The notes under the pieces were generated by a model, which was not told where the DNA came from, made no database searches, and saw only the letters and a list, made by a program, of their open reading frames with translations. Both the position numbers and the translations under genes were made by a program. A stretch of 64,000 bases of DNA, taken from an uncultured Myxococcales bacterium. GTDB taxonomy: Bacteria; Myxococcota_A; UBA9042; CAIXZC01. The stretch covers positions 12,430-76,429 of the forward strand of contig CAZFVN010000004.1 in the NCBI GenBank assembly GCA_964522395.1. Direction: 5' to 3'. Shown here in pieces: positions 1 to 9,283 of this stretch (its first letter is position 1; each line of letters begins with the position of its first letter).

Positions 1-3000
1 CTGGCTAGTTGCGTGGAAGATGTGTGCAACAACTTCGAACCGGGGACCGAGTGCTACAAAGAAGCGATCACCGGACCCTGCGCCAAGCCTTACTCCCAAT
101 GCACAGACTGCATACCCTATTGCACCGGCAAAGAGTGCGGTGCCGATGGCTGTGGCGGCTGGTGCGGCTTCTGTATCGAGGGCTACGATTGCGACGATGG
201 CAAGTGTGCCTGTATTCCTAATTGCGACAACAAAGAGTGCGGTTCTGATGGTTGCGGTAACCTCTGCGGCGCCTGCCCGCCCAATTTCGCTTGCACACCA
301 TGGGGCAAGTGCGATTGCACTCCCGATTGTGTCAACAAGGCTTGTGGTGACGATGGCTGCGGCGGGAGTTGCGGCTTCTGTCCTCCTGACCTTGAGTACT
401 GCACCGAAAATGGCAACTGCATCCCCTTCAACTGCGAACCGGGAGAAATGGTCTGTGACGGCAACACGCCGATGATCTGCGCGGACAATGGCGAGTGGAT
501 GCCCCTGGGAAGCTGCCCCGTGGGGTCCTTCTGCCAGGCTGGGTCCTGCCTGCCATGGATATGTGAGCCAGGCACCACCAAATGTGAAGGCAACGGAGTC
601 TCGGTCTGCGCAGACAACGGTGCGGGCTGGCTGCCGCCAGAATTCTGTCCCGCCGGCACCAAGTGCCAGGCAGGCCAGTGCATTCCCACCTCCGGCTGTG
701 GCGACATCCCAAATGTTGGTTGCTGCGACGGCACCATCTTCATGCTCTGTTCCGACGAGGGCGCCATCGCGATCCAGGAGTGCGGTGCAGATGGGTGTGG
801 CTGGATCCCGAACTGGGGCTATGGCTGTGCCGGCATCGGCGCCGACCCCAGCGGCCAATTCCCCCTCGCTTGCCCCGGTTCCTGCCAGCCCGATTGTATC
901 GATGACCTCGGGCAGTTCTTGGAGTGTGGGCCCGATGGCTGTGGCGATGTCTGCGGAAACTGTGCGGCTGACTCGGTCTGCAACAACGGGCAGTGTGAGC
1001 CATTCTGTCTGCCCCAGTGCCAGGGACAGGAATGCGGCAATGATCTGTGCGGCGGAGTGTGCGGACTTTGCGCTCCCAACGAGACCTGTCAAGACGGTAG
1101 CTGTCTGGTGCCGCAAGCCTGCAAGTCAATGATCGACTGTGCAACCGGCTGCTTCCCACTGGGTGACCAGTGCTTCAATCTCTGTACCGCCGGCGCCGAC
1201 CAGTCCTCCGCCGAATACACAGAGTTCAAAGAGGTTTGGTATTGCGTAACCGACGCCTGTCCCCCCGGTGCACCAAATAGCTGCTACAAATCTGCCCTTC
1301 TGGGTGAATGCTATCAACTCTATCTTTCCTGCATCTCCTGCACTCCCGCATGTGACGGCAAGAAGTGTGGTCCGGACGGATGCGGTGGCGCCTGTGGCGA
1401 CTGCGGTGATGCTGCAGAATGCGTCGACGGAGAGTGTGAGGCTGTCTGCGTACCGGAGTGTAATGGCGTGGAATGTGGGCCCAATGGTTGTGAGGGTCAG
1501 TGCGGTATCTGCAAGCCCAGCTACGTTTGCAACGACGGCCTGTGCGAATACATCTGCCAGCCCCAGTGCGTGGGCAAACAATGTGGCCCCGATAGCTGCG
1601 GCAACCAATGTGGCTTCTGTCTTGACGGCTATCAGTGCACCGACTTCGGCATCTGCATTCCCGACTCCATTTGTGGAGATGGCATCTGCGAGGCTGACCA
1701 GGGAGAGAGTTGCGCCAATTGCCCGGGAGATTGTGGCGAATGTTCCAGTGGCTGCGAATCCTCCCCTTTCCCGGCCTGCGGCGGCTGCAAGTGTGAGGGA
1801 TGTGTCTGCGCCCAGGACCCCTTCTGTTGTGAAGTGGAGTGGGACAGTATTTGCGTCGAACTCTGCTACGACTGCGGCGGATGCTGCCAGGCCAACTGCG
1901 CCGGCAAAGAATGTGGACCAGACGGCTGTGGCGCTCAATGTGGTACCTGTCCGGCGGACTACCAGTGCAAGAGCGGCAAATGCGAGGTCGTCTGTACTCC
2001 CGATTGCGATGGCAAGGAGTGTGGCTCCGACGATTGCGGTGGAAATTGTGGGGTCTGTGAACCCAACCAGACCTGCCAGAATAGCGTCTGTTTCTCGGGC
2101 AAGCCCTGTGGCGAGCTAATCCAATGTTCAATGGAGTGCATCGCAGATTCGGGTGCGGAATGCCTCTTCGAGTGCCTGGATGAGGGGACTCCAGAAGCTC
2201 AGGATGAGTTCTTTGACCTGGTTCAGTGCATCCTGTGGCAGTGCGGATTGAACCTCGATGCGGCCTGCATGCTGGGAGCCATGAACGGTGCCTGCCAGGA
2301 AGAATTCCAGACCTGTCAGGATTGCGTGCCGGACTGCACCAACAAGCAGTGCGGACCCAATGGATGCAATGGCAACTGCGGCCTCTGTAACGACGGGTAC
2401 TTCTGTGACAATTATAAATGCAAGCCCATCTGTGAACCAGACTGTACCGGTGTCGAATGCGGCTCCAACGGTTGCGGTGGTTCCTGTGGAACCTGTGCCG
2501 ATGATGAGGAGTGTCTCACTGGGGAATGCATTCCCATCTGTGTGCCTACATGCGTCGGCAAACAGTGCGGTGATGATGGGTGCGGGGGCCTCTGCGGTAC
2601 CTGCCCACCCGCCTTCGCCTGTGAGAACAACCTCTGCATACCCGTTGGTCCCATCTGTGGCGACGGGGAGTGCAACTTCTGGGAAGGGGAATCCTGCGAC
2701 AACTGTCCCATAGACTGCGGCAAATGTGGCGACGGCTGCTCTCCCACTGACTATCCCGGCTGCAAGGGGTGCAAATGCGAAGAGTGTGTCTGCGAAATGG
2801 ACTCCTTCTGCTGCGAAGTCCAGTGGGATGACATCTGCGTTGGCGAGTGTCAGGATTGTGGTGGTTGCGGTGGCTGTGAACCCGATTGCCAGAAGAAGGA
2901 GTGTGGCGGCGATGGTTGCGGCGGCTCTTGCGGCTTCTGCGGCCCGAACATGACCTGCAAGGGAGGCAAGTGCATTGACCAGTGCCAGCCCTCCTGCCTC

Positions 3001-5559
3001 GGCAAACAGTGTGGGGCCGATGGCTGTGGCGGTTCTTGCGGTCAATGCCCCGCTGGTTTCAAGTGTGACGCTGACTTCTCCTGCGTACCCATTTGCGTGC
3101 CCAACTGTGACGGCAAAGCCTGTGGTCCCGATGGCTGCAACGGACTCTGCGGACTCTGTGGACCCGACGAGGCCTGTCTCTCTGGCTCCTGCCAGATAGC
3201 GTGGGACTGCGAGACTCTGCTCAACTGCCTCTGGGATTGTCCCGAGAATGACGAAGTCTGTACCGATGGCTGCTGGCAAAACGCCAGCACCGAGGCACAA
3301 GAGCAGTACATCATGATCTGGGAGTGCATTCTTGAAGTCTGCGGACCCGAACCAGCGGAACCCTGCCCAGGTGAGGCGATTCTCTACGGCGACTGCAAAG
3401 ATGAGTTCAATTCTTGCCTGGACTGTACACCACAATGTACCGGCAAACAGTGCGGTTCCGACGGCTGCGACGGCGATTGTGGCGAATGTCCGCCAGGTTA
3501 CACCTGCGATGCCTACGGTTATTGTGACTGCCTCCCGAGCTGCGAAGGACAGGAATGCGGCTCCGATGGCTGTGGCGGCGAGTGCGGTGCTTGCCCCGAC
3601 GGATTCGTTTGCAACCTCTTTGGATGCTGTGTCTGCCTGCCACAGTGTACAGACAGTGAATGCGGTGGTGACGGCTGTGGTGGAAGCTGCGGAAAATGCC
3701 CCGCCGGCTTCGACTGCAAGTCTGGGAAATGCGTTGAGGGCTGCAAGCCTCAGTGCGTCACTGACAACGGTACACCGAAGGAGTGCGGGCCAGATGGCTG
3801 CGGAAAGACCTGCGGCTTCTGTCCCCCCGGACTCTCCTGTACTCCACAGGGACAATGCACCCAAATCGGACCTGTGTGCGGTGACGAGGAGTGCGAACTC
3901 AACAGCGGCGAGAACTGCCTCGAATGTCCCGAGGACTGCGGCAAATGCACCGGCGATTGCTGTGAGGCTCACAATGGCGTCGGTTGCGAAGACCTGGGCG
4001 TCACGAAGTGTGTCTGCGAGCTGGATCCATATTGCTGCAACACGCAGTGGGACGGTATTTGCGCCAATGAGGCCATTGACGATTGCGATGCGAACTGCGG
4101 ATGCGAACCTCAGTGCCTGGGCAAAGAGTGCGGTCCGGACGGCTGCGGCGGTACCTGCGGCACCTGTCCTGCGGGAGCCATCTGCAATGACGAAGACCTA
4201 TGCGAAGTCGTTTGTGAGCCCCAATGCGTAACTGCCAACGGCACTCCCAAGGAATGCGGTTCCGATGGCTGCGGGGGCACTTGTGGCACCTGCGGAGACG
4301 GTGAGCAATGCAACGCTCAGGGCCTTTGCGTCTGCGTTCCTAACTGCTGGAACAAGGAGTGCGGACCGGACGGTTGTGGCGGTAGTTGCGGGGAATGCGG
4401 GCAATTCCAGACCTGCACCGGGTCGGGCAAGTGCGCCATTGTCACGCCGCTGTGCGGCGATGGCAACTGTATGGCTCTGCTACAGGAGAATTGCGATTCC
4501 TGCCCGCAGGATTGTGGCGAGTGTTGTGGCAATGGAAACTGCGAACCCGCTTATCTCGAAAACTGCAATAGCTGCACCCAGGATTGTGGCACTTGTTGTG
4601 GTAACGACTTCTGTGAGGAGCAGTTCGGCGAAGGTTGCGATAGCTGTCCCCAGGACTGCGGACCTTGCCCAGCCGAGTGCGGCGATGGATTATGCAACGA
4701 GAACTTAGGGGAGACCTGTACCAACTGCCCCGACGATTGCGGGATTTGCCCCTCCTCTTGTGGCGACGGAGAGTGCGACGCCGATGATGAGGACTGCACA
4801 ACATGCTCCGATGATTGCGGCAACTGTCAAGGTGATTGCTGCGAGGCCAACGGCTCTGTCGGGTGCCAGGAACCGGCAATTCAGGAGTGCGTATGCGCAT
4901 TTGACGCATACTGCTGCAACGTCCAATGGGACGGTATTTGCGCCAATGAAGCGGTTGACGATTGCGGCGCAGATTGCGGCGTTGAGCCAGGCTGTGGCGA
5001 CGACATTTGTGACGCTGACCTCGGCGAAAACTGCTTTGACTGTCCCCAGGATTGCGGCCAATGCACGGGCGAATGTTGTGCCGGCAACACCACGCCCGGC
5101 TGCGAAGACCCCGATATTACACAGTGCGTCTGTGCGAAGTACCCCACTTGCTGCCAGGGAGCCTGGTCGGACAAATGTGCGGTGCTCGTCGAAGATATCG
5201 GCTGCGGAAACTGTAGCTGCATACCGAACTGCCTCAACAAGCAGTGTGGCGACGATGGGTGCGGCGGGTCGTGTGGCACCTGCCCGGACAATATGACATG
5301 TAACGCTCAGGGGTTCTGTCAGCCGATTCAAGCTGGTGATAGCTGCCCTGAGATATTTGCCTGCGCCACCGCCTGCGGCGGCGACCTTGCTTGCATGATG
5401 AACTGCAGTTCAAGCGGAACCCCGGAAGCGCAGGGGCTCTTCAGCGACCTGATGCAGTGCATCCTGCAATCCTGTATCGGCGACCTCTCCACACAGTGCA
5501 TGATTCAAGCGATCATGTTCTCTTGCAATACCGAATATAACGCTTGCATGGCTAACTAG
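1..5559 (+). CDS. Giant cysteine-rich repeat protein, probably secreted or surface-located (5'-partial, frame open from base 1)
   Basis: Frame 1 is open from position 1 to TAG at 5557-5559. It has about 24 CGxDGCGGxCGxC modules, several CGDGxC...CPxDC modules, five CVCxxDxxCCxxxWDxIC-type modules and four helical Cys modules. No CxxCH motifs seen. Confidence 0.85.
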   Translation: MASCVEDVCNNFEPGTECYKEAITGPCAKPYSQCTDCIPYCTGKECGADGCGGWCGFCIEGYDCDDGKCACIPNCDNKECGSDGCGNLCGACPPNFACTPWGKCDCTPDCVNKACGDDGCGGSCGFCPPDLEYCTENGNCIPFNCEPGEMVCDGNTPMICADNGEWMPLGSCPVGSFCQAGSCLPWICEPGTTKCEGNGVSVCADNGAGWLPPEFCPAGTKCQAGQCIPTSGCGDIPNVGCCDGTIFMLCSDEGAIAIQECGADGCGWIPNWGYGCAGIGADPSGQFPLACPGSCQPDCIDDLGQFLECGPDGCGDVCGNCAADSVCNNGQCEPFCLPQCQGQECGNDLCGGVCGLCAPNETCQDGSCLVPQACKSMIDCATGCFPLGDQCFNLCTAGADQSSAEYTEFKEVWYCVTDACPPGAPNSCYKSALLGECYQLYLSCISCTPACDGKKCGPDGCGGACGDCGDAAECVDGECEAVCVPECNGVECGPNGCEGQCGICKPSYVCNDGLCEYICQPQCVGKQCGPDSCGNQCGFCLDGYQCTDFGICIPDSICGDGICEADQGESCANCPGDCGECSSGCESSPFPACGGCKCEGCVCAQDPFCCEVEWDSICVELCYDCGGCCQANCAGKECGPDGCGAQCGTCPADYQCKSGKCEVVCTPDCDGKECGSDDCGGNCGVCEPNQTCQNSVCFSGKPCGELIQCSMECIADSGAECLFECLDEGTPEAQDEFFDLVQCILWQCGLNLDAACMLGAMNGACQEEFQTCQDCVPDCTNKQCGPNGCNGNCGLCNDGYFCDNYKCKPICEPDCTGVECGSNGCGGSCGTCADDEECLTGECIPICVPTCVGKQCGDDGCGGLCGTCPPAFACENNLCIPVGPICGDGECNFWEGESCDNCPIDCGKCGDGCSPTDYPGCKGCKCEECVCEMDSFCCEVQWDDICVGECQDCGGCGGCEPDCQKKECGGDGCGGSCGFCGPNMTCKGGKCIDQCQPSCLGKQCGADGCGGSCGQCPAGFKCDADFSCVPICVPNCDGKACGPDGCNGLCGLCGPDEACLSGSCQIAWDCETLLNCLWDCPENDEVCTDGCWQNASTEAQEQYIMIWECILEVCGPEPAEPCPGEAILYGDCKDEFNSCLDCTPQCTGKQCGSDGCDGDCGECPPGYTCDAYGYCDCLPSCEGQECGSDGCGGECGACPDGFVCNLFGCCVCLPQCTDSECGGDGCGGSCGKCPAGFDCKSGKCVEGCKPQCVTDNGTPKECGPDGCGKTCGFCPPGLSCTPQGQCTQIGPVCGDEECELNSGENCLECPEDCGKCTGDCCEAHNGVGCEDLGVTKCVCELDPYCCNTQWDGICANEAIDDCDANCGCEPQCLGKECGPDGCGGTCGTCPAGAICNDEDLCEVVCEPQCVTANGTPKECGSDGCGGTCGTCGDGEQCNAQGLCVCVPNCWNKECGPDGCGGSCGECGQFQTCTGSGKCAIVTPLCGDGNCMALLQENCDSCPQDCGECCGNGNCEPAYLENCNSCTQDCGTCCGNDFCEEQFGEGCDSCPQDCGPCPAECGDGLCNENLGETCTNCPDDCGICPSSCGDGECDADDEDCTTCSDDCGNCQGDCCEANGSVGCQEPAIQECVCAFDAYCCNVQWDGICANEAVDDCGADCGVEPGCGDDICDADLGENCFDCPQDCGQCTGECCAGNTTPGCEDPDITQCVCAKYPTCCQGAWSDKCAVLVEDIGCGNCSCIPNCLNKQCGDDGCGGSCGTCPDNMTCNAQGFCQPIQAGDSCPEIFACATACGGDLACMMNCSSSGTPEAQGLFSDLMQCILQSCIGDLSTQCMIQAIMFSCNTEYNACMAN

Positions 5560-5598
5560 GCAGTGCGGCCGTTGCAGAGTGCGGCTGCCCTCTACACT

Positions 5599-7095
5599 TT
5601 AGAAACGGGTGGATAGCTCCAGGCCGCCGCCAGCCATGAAACCTTCGGTGTGCACGAAGCCACCAGCAACCGACTCGCCATCATCATTGGCACGACCGAT
5701 GGACTGATTGCGGGGAGCCAGGAAGAGCCCCTGGAAGTGGGCATTAATGGAAAACTCCCCGAGCCCTTCGCTGGCCTTCCACAAACGGTATCCGAGCCCC
5801 GCTGCCACTGTATGCCAATCGTTGTCCATCAACACATTGAGATGACCCTGGTCACTCTCTAGAGGGGAGGGCCGGTAGCCATATCCGAGACGAACATCAA
5901 GACCCAGAGCGAAACTGTATTCGATGCCTAGACGTGGTTGCCACGTGTTGCGCAAGCGCACTGGTGGACTCCCCTCTGCGGCCACTCTAAAGTCCCCACC
6001 GAGGTCATCCAACCTGATAGTGTCATCTCCACCGAGAGCCTCCTCAGAAACAGCCATAGTCAAGATCTGTAGGTTGCTTCCGAAATCCTGCCAGAGGCCA
6101 AATTCCACCTCCGCACTAACGGTAAGCTTGTCTCGCAGCAACCAGGCGAGGCCACCAACGATACGATGGGGACGGTAAGCAAAGGTCCCGGCCATTTCGT
6201 ATGGAACTTCCATCCTCAAAGGTTCCCCCAGATCCAGCTCCATGGTCGCGGTAGCTCCCAGGGAGATGGTGGTCTTCTCCTCTCCATGATAGACCACCGA
6301 GAGGCGACCCCAAGAGGCCGGTTGAATCAACAAACCAAAGGTTGGGGCTGCCGAGAGACCAAGGGACTGCTCTGTACTCGCGGAACTTGGGGAGGGCGGA
6401 TTCACCTCTGGATGGTCAGGGTCATAGGAGGCCACCGGGTTCAGCGTCACGACCATGCCCTCCACTCGCGAATGGACCGAAACCCCGGCCCCAAGCCAGA
6501 CGCGCCCGGGCCAGATCTCTGCTCCTAGACCGAGATTCATGCGAAGCTGGTTGAAAGGAGTGTTCCAGGAGGGGAAGAAGGGCTGGTCGAGAGTCTGTGC
6601 CGTGAAGGAGGCCAGACTGCGTCCTTCGTTGGGGACCATGGTACTCCCCCCAACAACCAGGGCGAAGGGGAGGGCAGAGATCAGCTTGTGGAGAGGAATA
6701 GCGAAGCTGATGCCCAATCCTGAAAAGCGATCGAGGTCGGCGGCCCTGTCGAATAACCCTTTGATGTGAGCTCGGGTGGCCGCCCCGTCCAGCCTGCCAT
6801 TGAGATCGGACTGCTGATAGGCTCCGACCTGCCCGAGACTCCCGAAGTTAGTGACATCCGCCGAGATGGACGGGAGCATAGTGGTATACCAGAGGGAGAA
6901 TCCACCGCTGGAAAGGGCACCAAGCGCGGCCGGGTTGTACCAAGACGCATGGCCATCGTCGCAAACAGGCGTCACAGCTCCGGCCAACGCGGCGTTACGG
7001 CTTCCCAGGCCAAACAAGTCTGCGGCACGCGAGGGCGCAGCTATAAGTAGAATTGTAATTAGGAAAAGGCCCGGCAAGACCCGCCAGTCCCTCAT
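5599..7095 (-). CDS. Outer-membrane channel, FadL/OmpP1/TodX family
   Basis: Signal peptide, then GSRNAALAGAVT...ASWYNPAALG (FadL N-terminal NPA signature), RLGYGYRPSP near the end, and a C-terminal Phe. Confidence 0.8.
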   Translation of the reverse strand: MRDWRVLPGLFLITILLIAAPSRAADLFGLGSRNAALAGAVTPVCDDGHASWYNPAALGALSSGGFSLWYTTMLPSISADVTNFGSLGQVGAYQQSDLNGRLDGAATRAHIKGLFDRAADLDRFSGLGISFAIPLHKLISALPFALVVGGSTMVPNEGRSLASFTAQTLDQPFFPSWNTPFNQLRMNLGLGAEIWPGRVWLGAGVSVHSRVEGMVVTLNPVASYDPDHPEVNPPSPSSASTEQSLGLSAAPTFGLLIQPASWGRLSVVYHGEEKTTISLGATATMELDLGEPLRMEVPYEMAGTFAYRPHRIVGGLAWLLRDKLTVSAEVEFGLWQDFGSNLQILTMAVSEEALGGDDTIRLDDLGGDFRVAAEGSPPVRLRNTWQPRLGIEYSFALGLDVRLGYGYRPSPLESDQGHLNVLMDNDWHTVAAGLGYRLWKASEGLGEFSINAHFQGLFLAPRNQSIGRANDDGESVAGGFVHTEGFMAGGGLELSTRF

Positions 7096-7853
7096 TTAGC
7101 CACCTCTTCGACGGGGGGTCCAATACGCTTGAAACGCCATTTCAAAACTGTTGTCAGCATCTTCCATCCGGTCTTAATGGCGGTCCAGAATGAGCCAGAT
7201 ATCTTGGAGTCTCCGGGCCGCTTTCGATAGCGTCCGGGGATCTCCTTCATACGTAGCTTCAGCCGAGCTCCCTTGGCTTGCATTTCCACGGTCCAACCCC
7301 AGGTCCGATCAACCATGTGGAGCCGCCGGAGTACTTCCAGCGGCATTACCCGAAAAGGACCGATGTCGGTGAAGCGAACTCGATAGAGCCGCCACAGTAA
7401 TCGACGGGCATACCAGATGGCGAAGCGAGATTGAAGCGGCAACGCTCCTGGTTCACGGATCCCGGATACTCGCGAAGCGAGAACCATGTCCGCCTCATCA
7501 TCTACCAGGTAGCGCATCATATCGGGAAGGTCTTCTGGGTGGTCCGCGTGGTCGCCATCAATGAACACAACATAGCGAGTGTCGGGAGCCTTCTCGGGGA
7601 TAGCTTTGATCCCAGCCATACAGACATTCCCGTAGCCTTTCTCAGTTTCGTGAACCAGAACTGCGTCGGTGGCCTCAATGATTGGGATGGTGCCATCGGT
7701 TGAGCCGTTGTCCACAACGATCGGCGTCACCCCGCGGGGAATATCTGCCAGCACATCACCGATGCCTTCCTCCTCGTTCCAAACAGGGATGATGGCCACC
7801 GTATGATCAAGGGCCTCCTGTATCCGGCTGGAGATTTCACTCGACTGGCTCAT
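7092..7853 (-). CDS. Glycosyltransferase family 2 (DPM1-like)
   Basis: IIPVWNEE, VVDNGSTDGT, KGYGNVC, FIDGD (DxD) and FTDIGPFR motifs. Confidence 0.9.
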   Translation of the reverse strand: MSQSSEISSRIQEALDHTVAIIPVWNEEEGIGDVLADIPRGVTPIVVDNGSTDGTIPIIEATDAVLVHETEKGYGNVCMAGIKAIPEKAPDTRYVVFIDGDHADHPEDLPDMMRYLVDDEADMVLASRVSGIREPGALPLQSRFAIWYARRLLWRLYRVRFTDIGPFRVMPLEVLRRLHMVDRTWGWTVEMQAKGARLKLRMKEIPGRYRKRPGDSKISGSFWTAIKTGWKMLTTVLKWRFKRIGPPVEEVAK

Positions 7854-7863
7854 CTGTACCTCC

Positions 7864-8589
7864 TTACACTAGTTTCGGTGGGATCCCGTCCTGACCGGGC
7901 AACTCGCCCCGCAGCCAGCCGTCGGTGGCCGGGCAGGGAGACTCCCCCTGCTGCGCCCAGGCCCGGCGCCGACGATCGGCCAGATTACGCAAGTCCTCAA
8001 GGTAATCAAGATCGCTCAACTCCTCCAGCCTGGTTGTGGTCAGCCCAAGAGCGTGAGCTGCTGCTTCTGTCTCAGCGGCCACCGTTTCTGTACTCCAGTT
8101 GATACCCAGGAACAGGGTAGGATGGTAGGCACGCATGCCGATCAGGTAGTAGCCACCGTCGATCGCTGGCCCCAACACCACATCATAGTCCTCCAAGGAG
8201 CGGAAAGCTCGCTCCAGCAACGTGGCCGAAATTTCTGGAGAATCCGCTCCCGTAAGCAGCGCCGATCCGCCCGACTCTTTCACCGCCAACTCCATCGCTG
8301 CACCCAAACGAGTCCCAAAGTCATCCCCCTGCTGCTCCGAAAGGCTGTAAGCCGCGAAAGGGGCCCTCCCCAGCGGGTCCAGCGGGGCACTACCGTCAGC
8401 GGGCAAACCGGTGAGCGCTGCCAGACAACGGCAATGGGGAAGTTGCCCCCCGCTCCAGGCCGTGTCAGCTAACATCGCTTCGTAGAGTTGCAGGGTCGCC
8501 TCATCGCCCAAACCAGCGGCCAATCGAGTCTTGGTCTGGCCGCGCATGGGGTATCGGGCAAACATTATCAACGCTCGTGATGGCTCCAC
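7864..8589 (-). CDS. TIGR04282/DUF2064-like GT-A fold transferase (rSAM/selenodomain-associated transferase 1)
   Basis: FARYP..GQTKTRLA, QQGDDFGTRL, GADSP, VVLGPAIDGGYYLIG, INWST and DLDYLEDL motifs. GTG start at 8589 follows GGAGG. Confidence 0.85.
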   Translation of the reverse strand: MEPSRALIMFARYPMRGQTKTRLAAGLGDEATLQLYEAMLADTAWSGGQLPHCRCLAALTGLPADGSAPLDPLGRAPFAAYSLSEQQGDDFGTRLGAAMELAVKESGGSALLTGADSPEISATLLERAFRSLEDYDVVLGPAIDGGYYLIGMRAYHPTLFLGINWSTETVAAETEAAAHALGLTTTRLEELSDLDYLEDLRNLADRRRRAWAQQGESPCPATDGWLRGELPGQDGIPPKLV

Positions 8590-8707
8590 GACAGTCCTCC
8601 CTCGACCTGGGTCAGTTCGACAGGGTTGCATGCAGCGTTCATCTGCGATTATGCTACAGTCACCGACGGTGCCACAACAGTTTTTCCGGTCCGTCCACGG
8701 AAGGAAC

Positions 8708-9283
8708 ATGCACCGAGCCGCGTTGCTCCTCATTTGGCTGACCTGCACGGCCGTATTCACGCCGGTCGTTGGCCACGCTCAATACTACTTCACAGGTGAC
8801 CGCCCAAACAAGATCGTCAACGTGAAGGCTGGCCTGGCTTACCAGAAGCACCACTCCGATGACGAGCGGATTTGTACCGAAACCGACCAGTTGAATGGAG
8901 TCTTCGCACTCCAAACTGCAATCTACCCCGTCACTGCGGAGATCGCATTTTACACCGACATTGCCCTGGAACTCTACGCGGGAGGGTACTGGCCCATCGC
9001 CCGAGTCGGACCGTGGGGTTGGGTCGTGGTACACGGCGGACTATTCTGGAGGACCTCTCGCGTCGAATTGGCAGATAGTGACTTCACGACCTGTGGCGGC
9101 CCTCAGATCACTGAAACTGCTGATACGTTCGGGATGGGAGCAACCATCGAGTACCTCATGTACGACGGCTATCTGGGCTTCTTTCTGGAAGGACGCCAGA
9201 GTTTCCTGTCGCCAGTCTTCACAACGGTCGCGGCCGGGGTGGACATCAGTCCGCTGCTCTGGCTCCTCTTTCGCAACTACTGA
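8708..9283 (+). CDS. Hypothetical secreted protein, possible small beta-barrel
   Basis: ATG after AAGGA, signal peptide ending VGHA, and aromatic-rich alternating beta-strand pattern. Confidence 0.55.
   Translation: MHRAALLLIWLTCTAVFTPVVGHAQYYFTGDRPNKIVNVKAGLAYQKHHSDDERICTETDQLNGVFALQTAIYPVTAEIAFYTDIALELYAGGYWPIARVGPWGWVVVHGGLFWRTSRVELADSDFTTCGGPQITETADTFGMGATIEYLMYDGYLGFFLEGRQSFLSPVFTTVAAGVDISPLLWLLFRNY

Noticed and set aside
2128-3972. Long antisense and alternate-frame ORFs (e.g. 2128-3972 minus, 9599-10846, 32000-33037, 48439-49434, 59522-60415)
   Set aside because: Shadow ORFs expected from GC-rich, repetitive coding sequence. They have no motifs and lie opposite or within well-supported genes.
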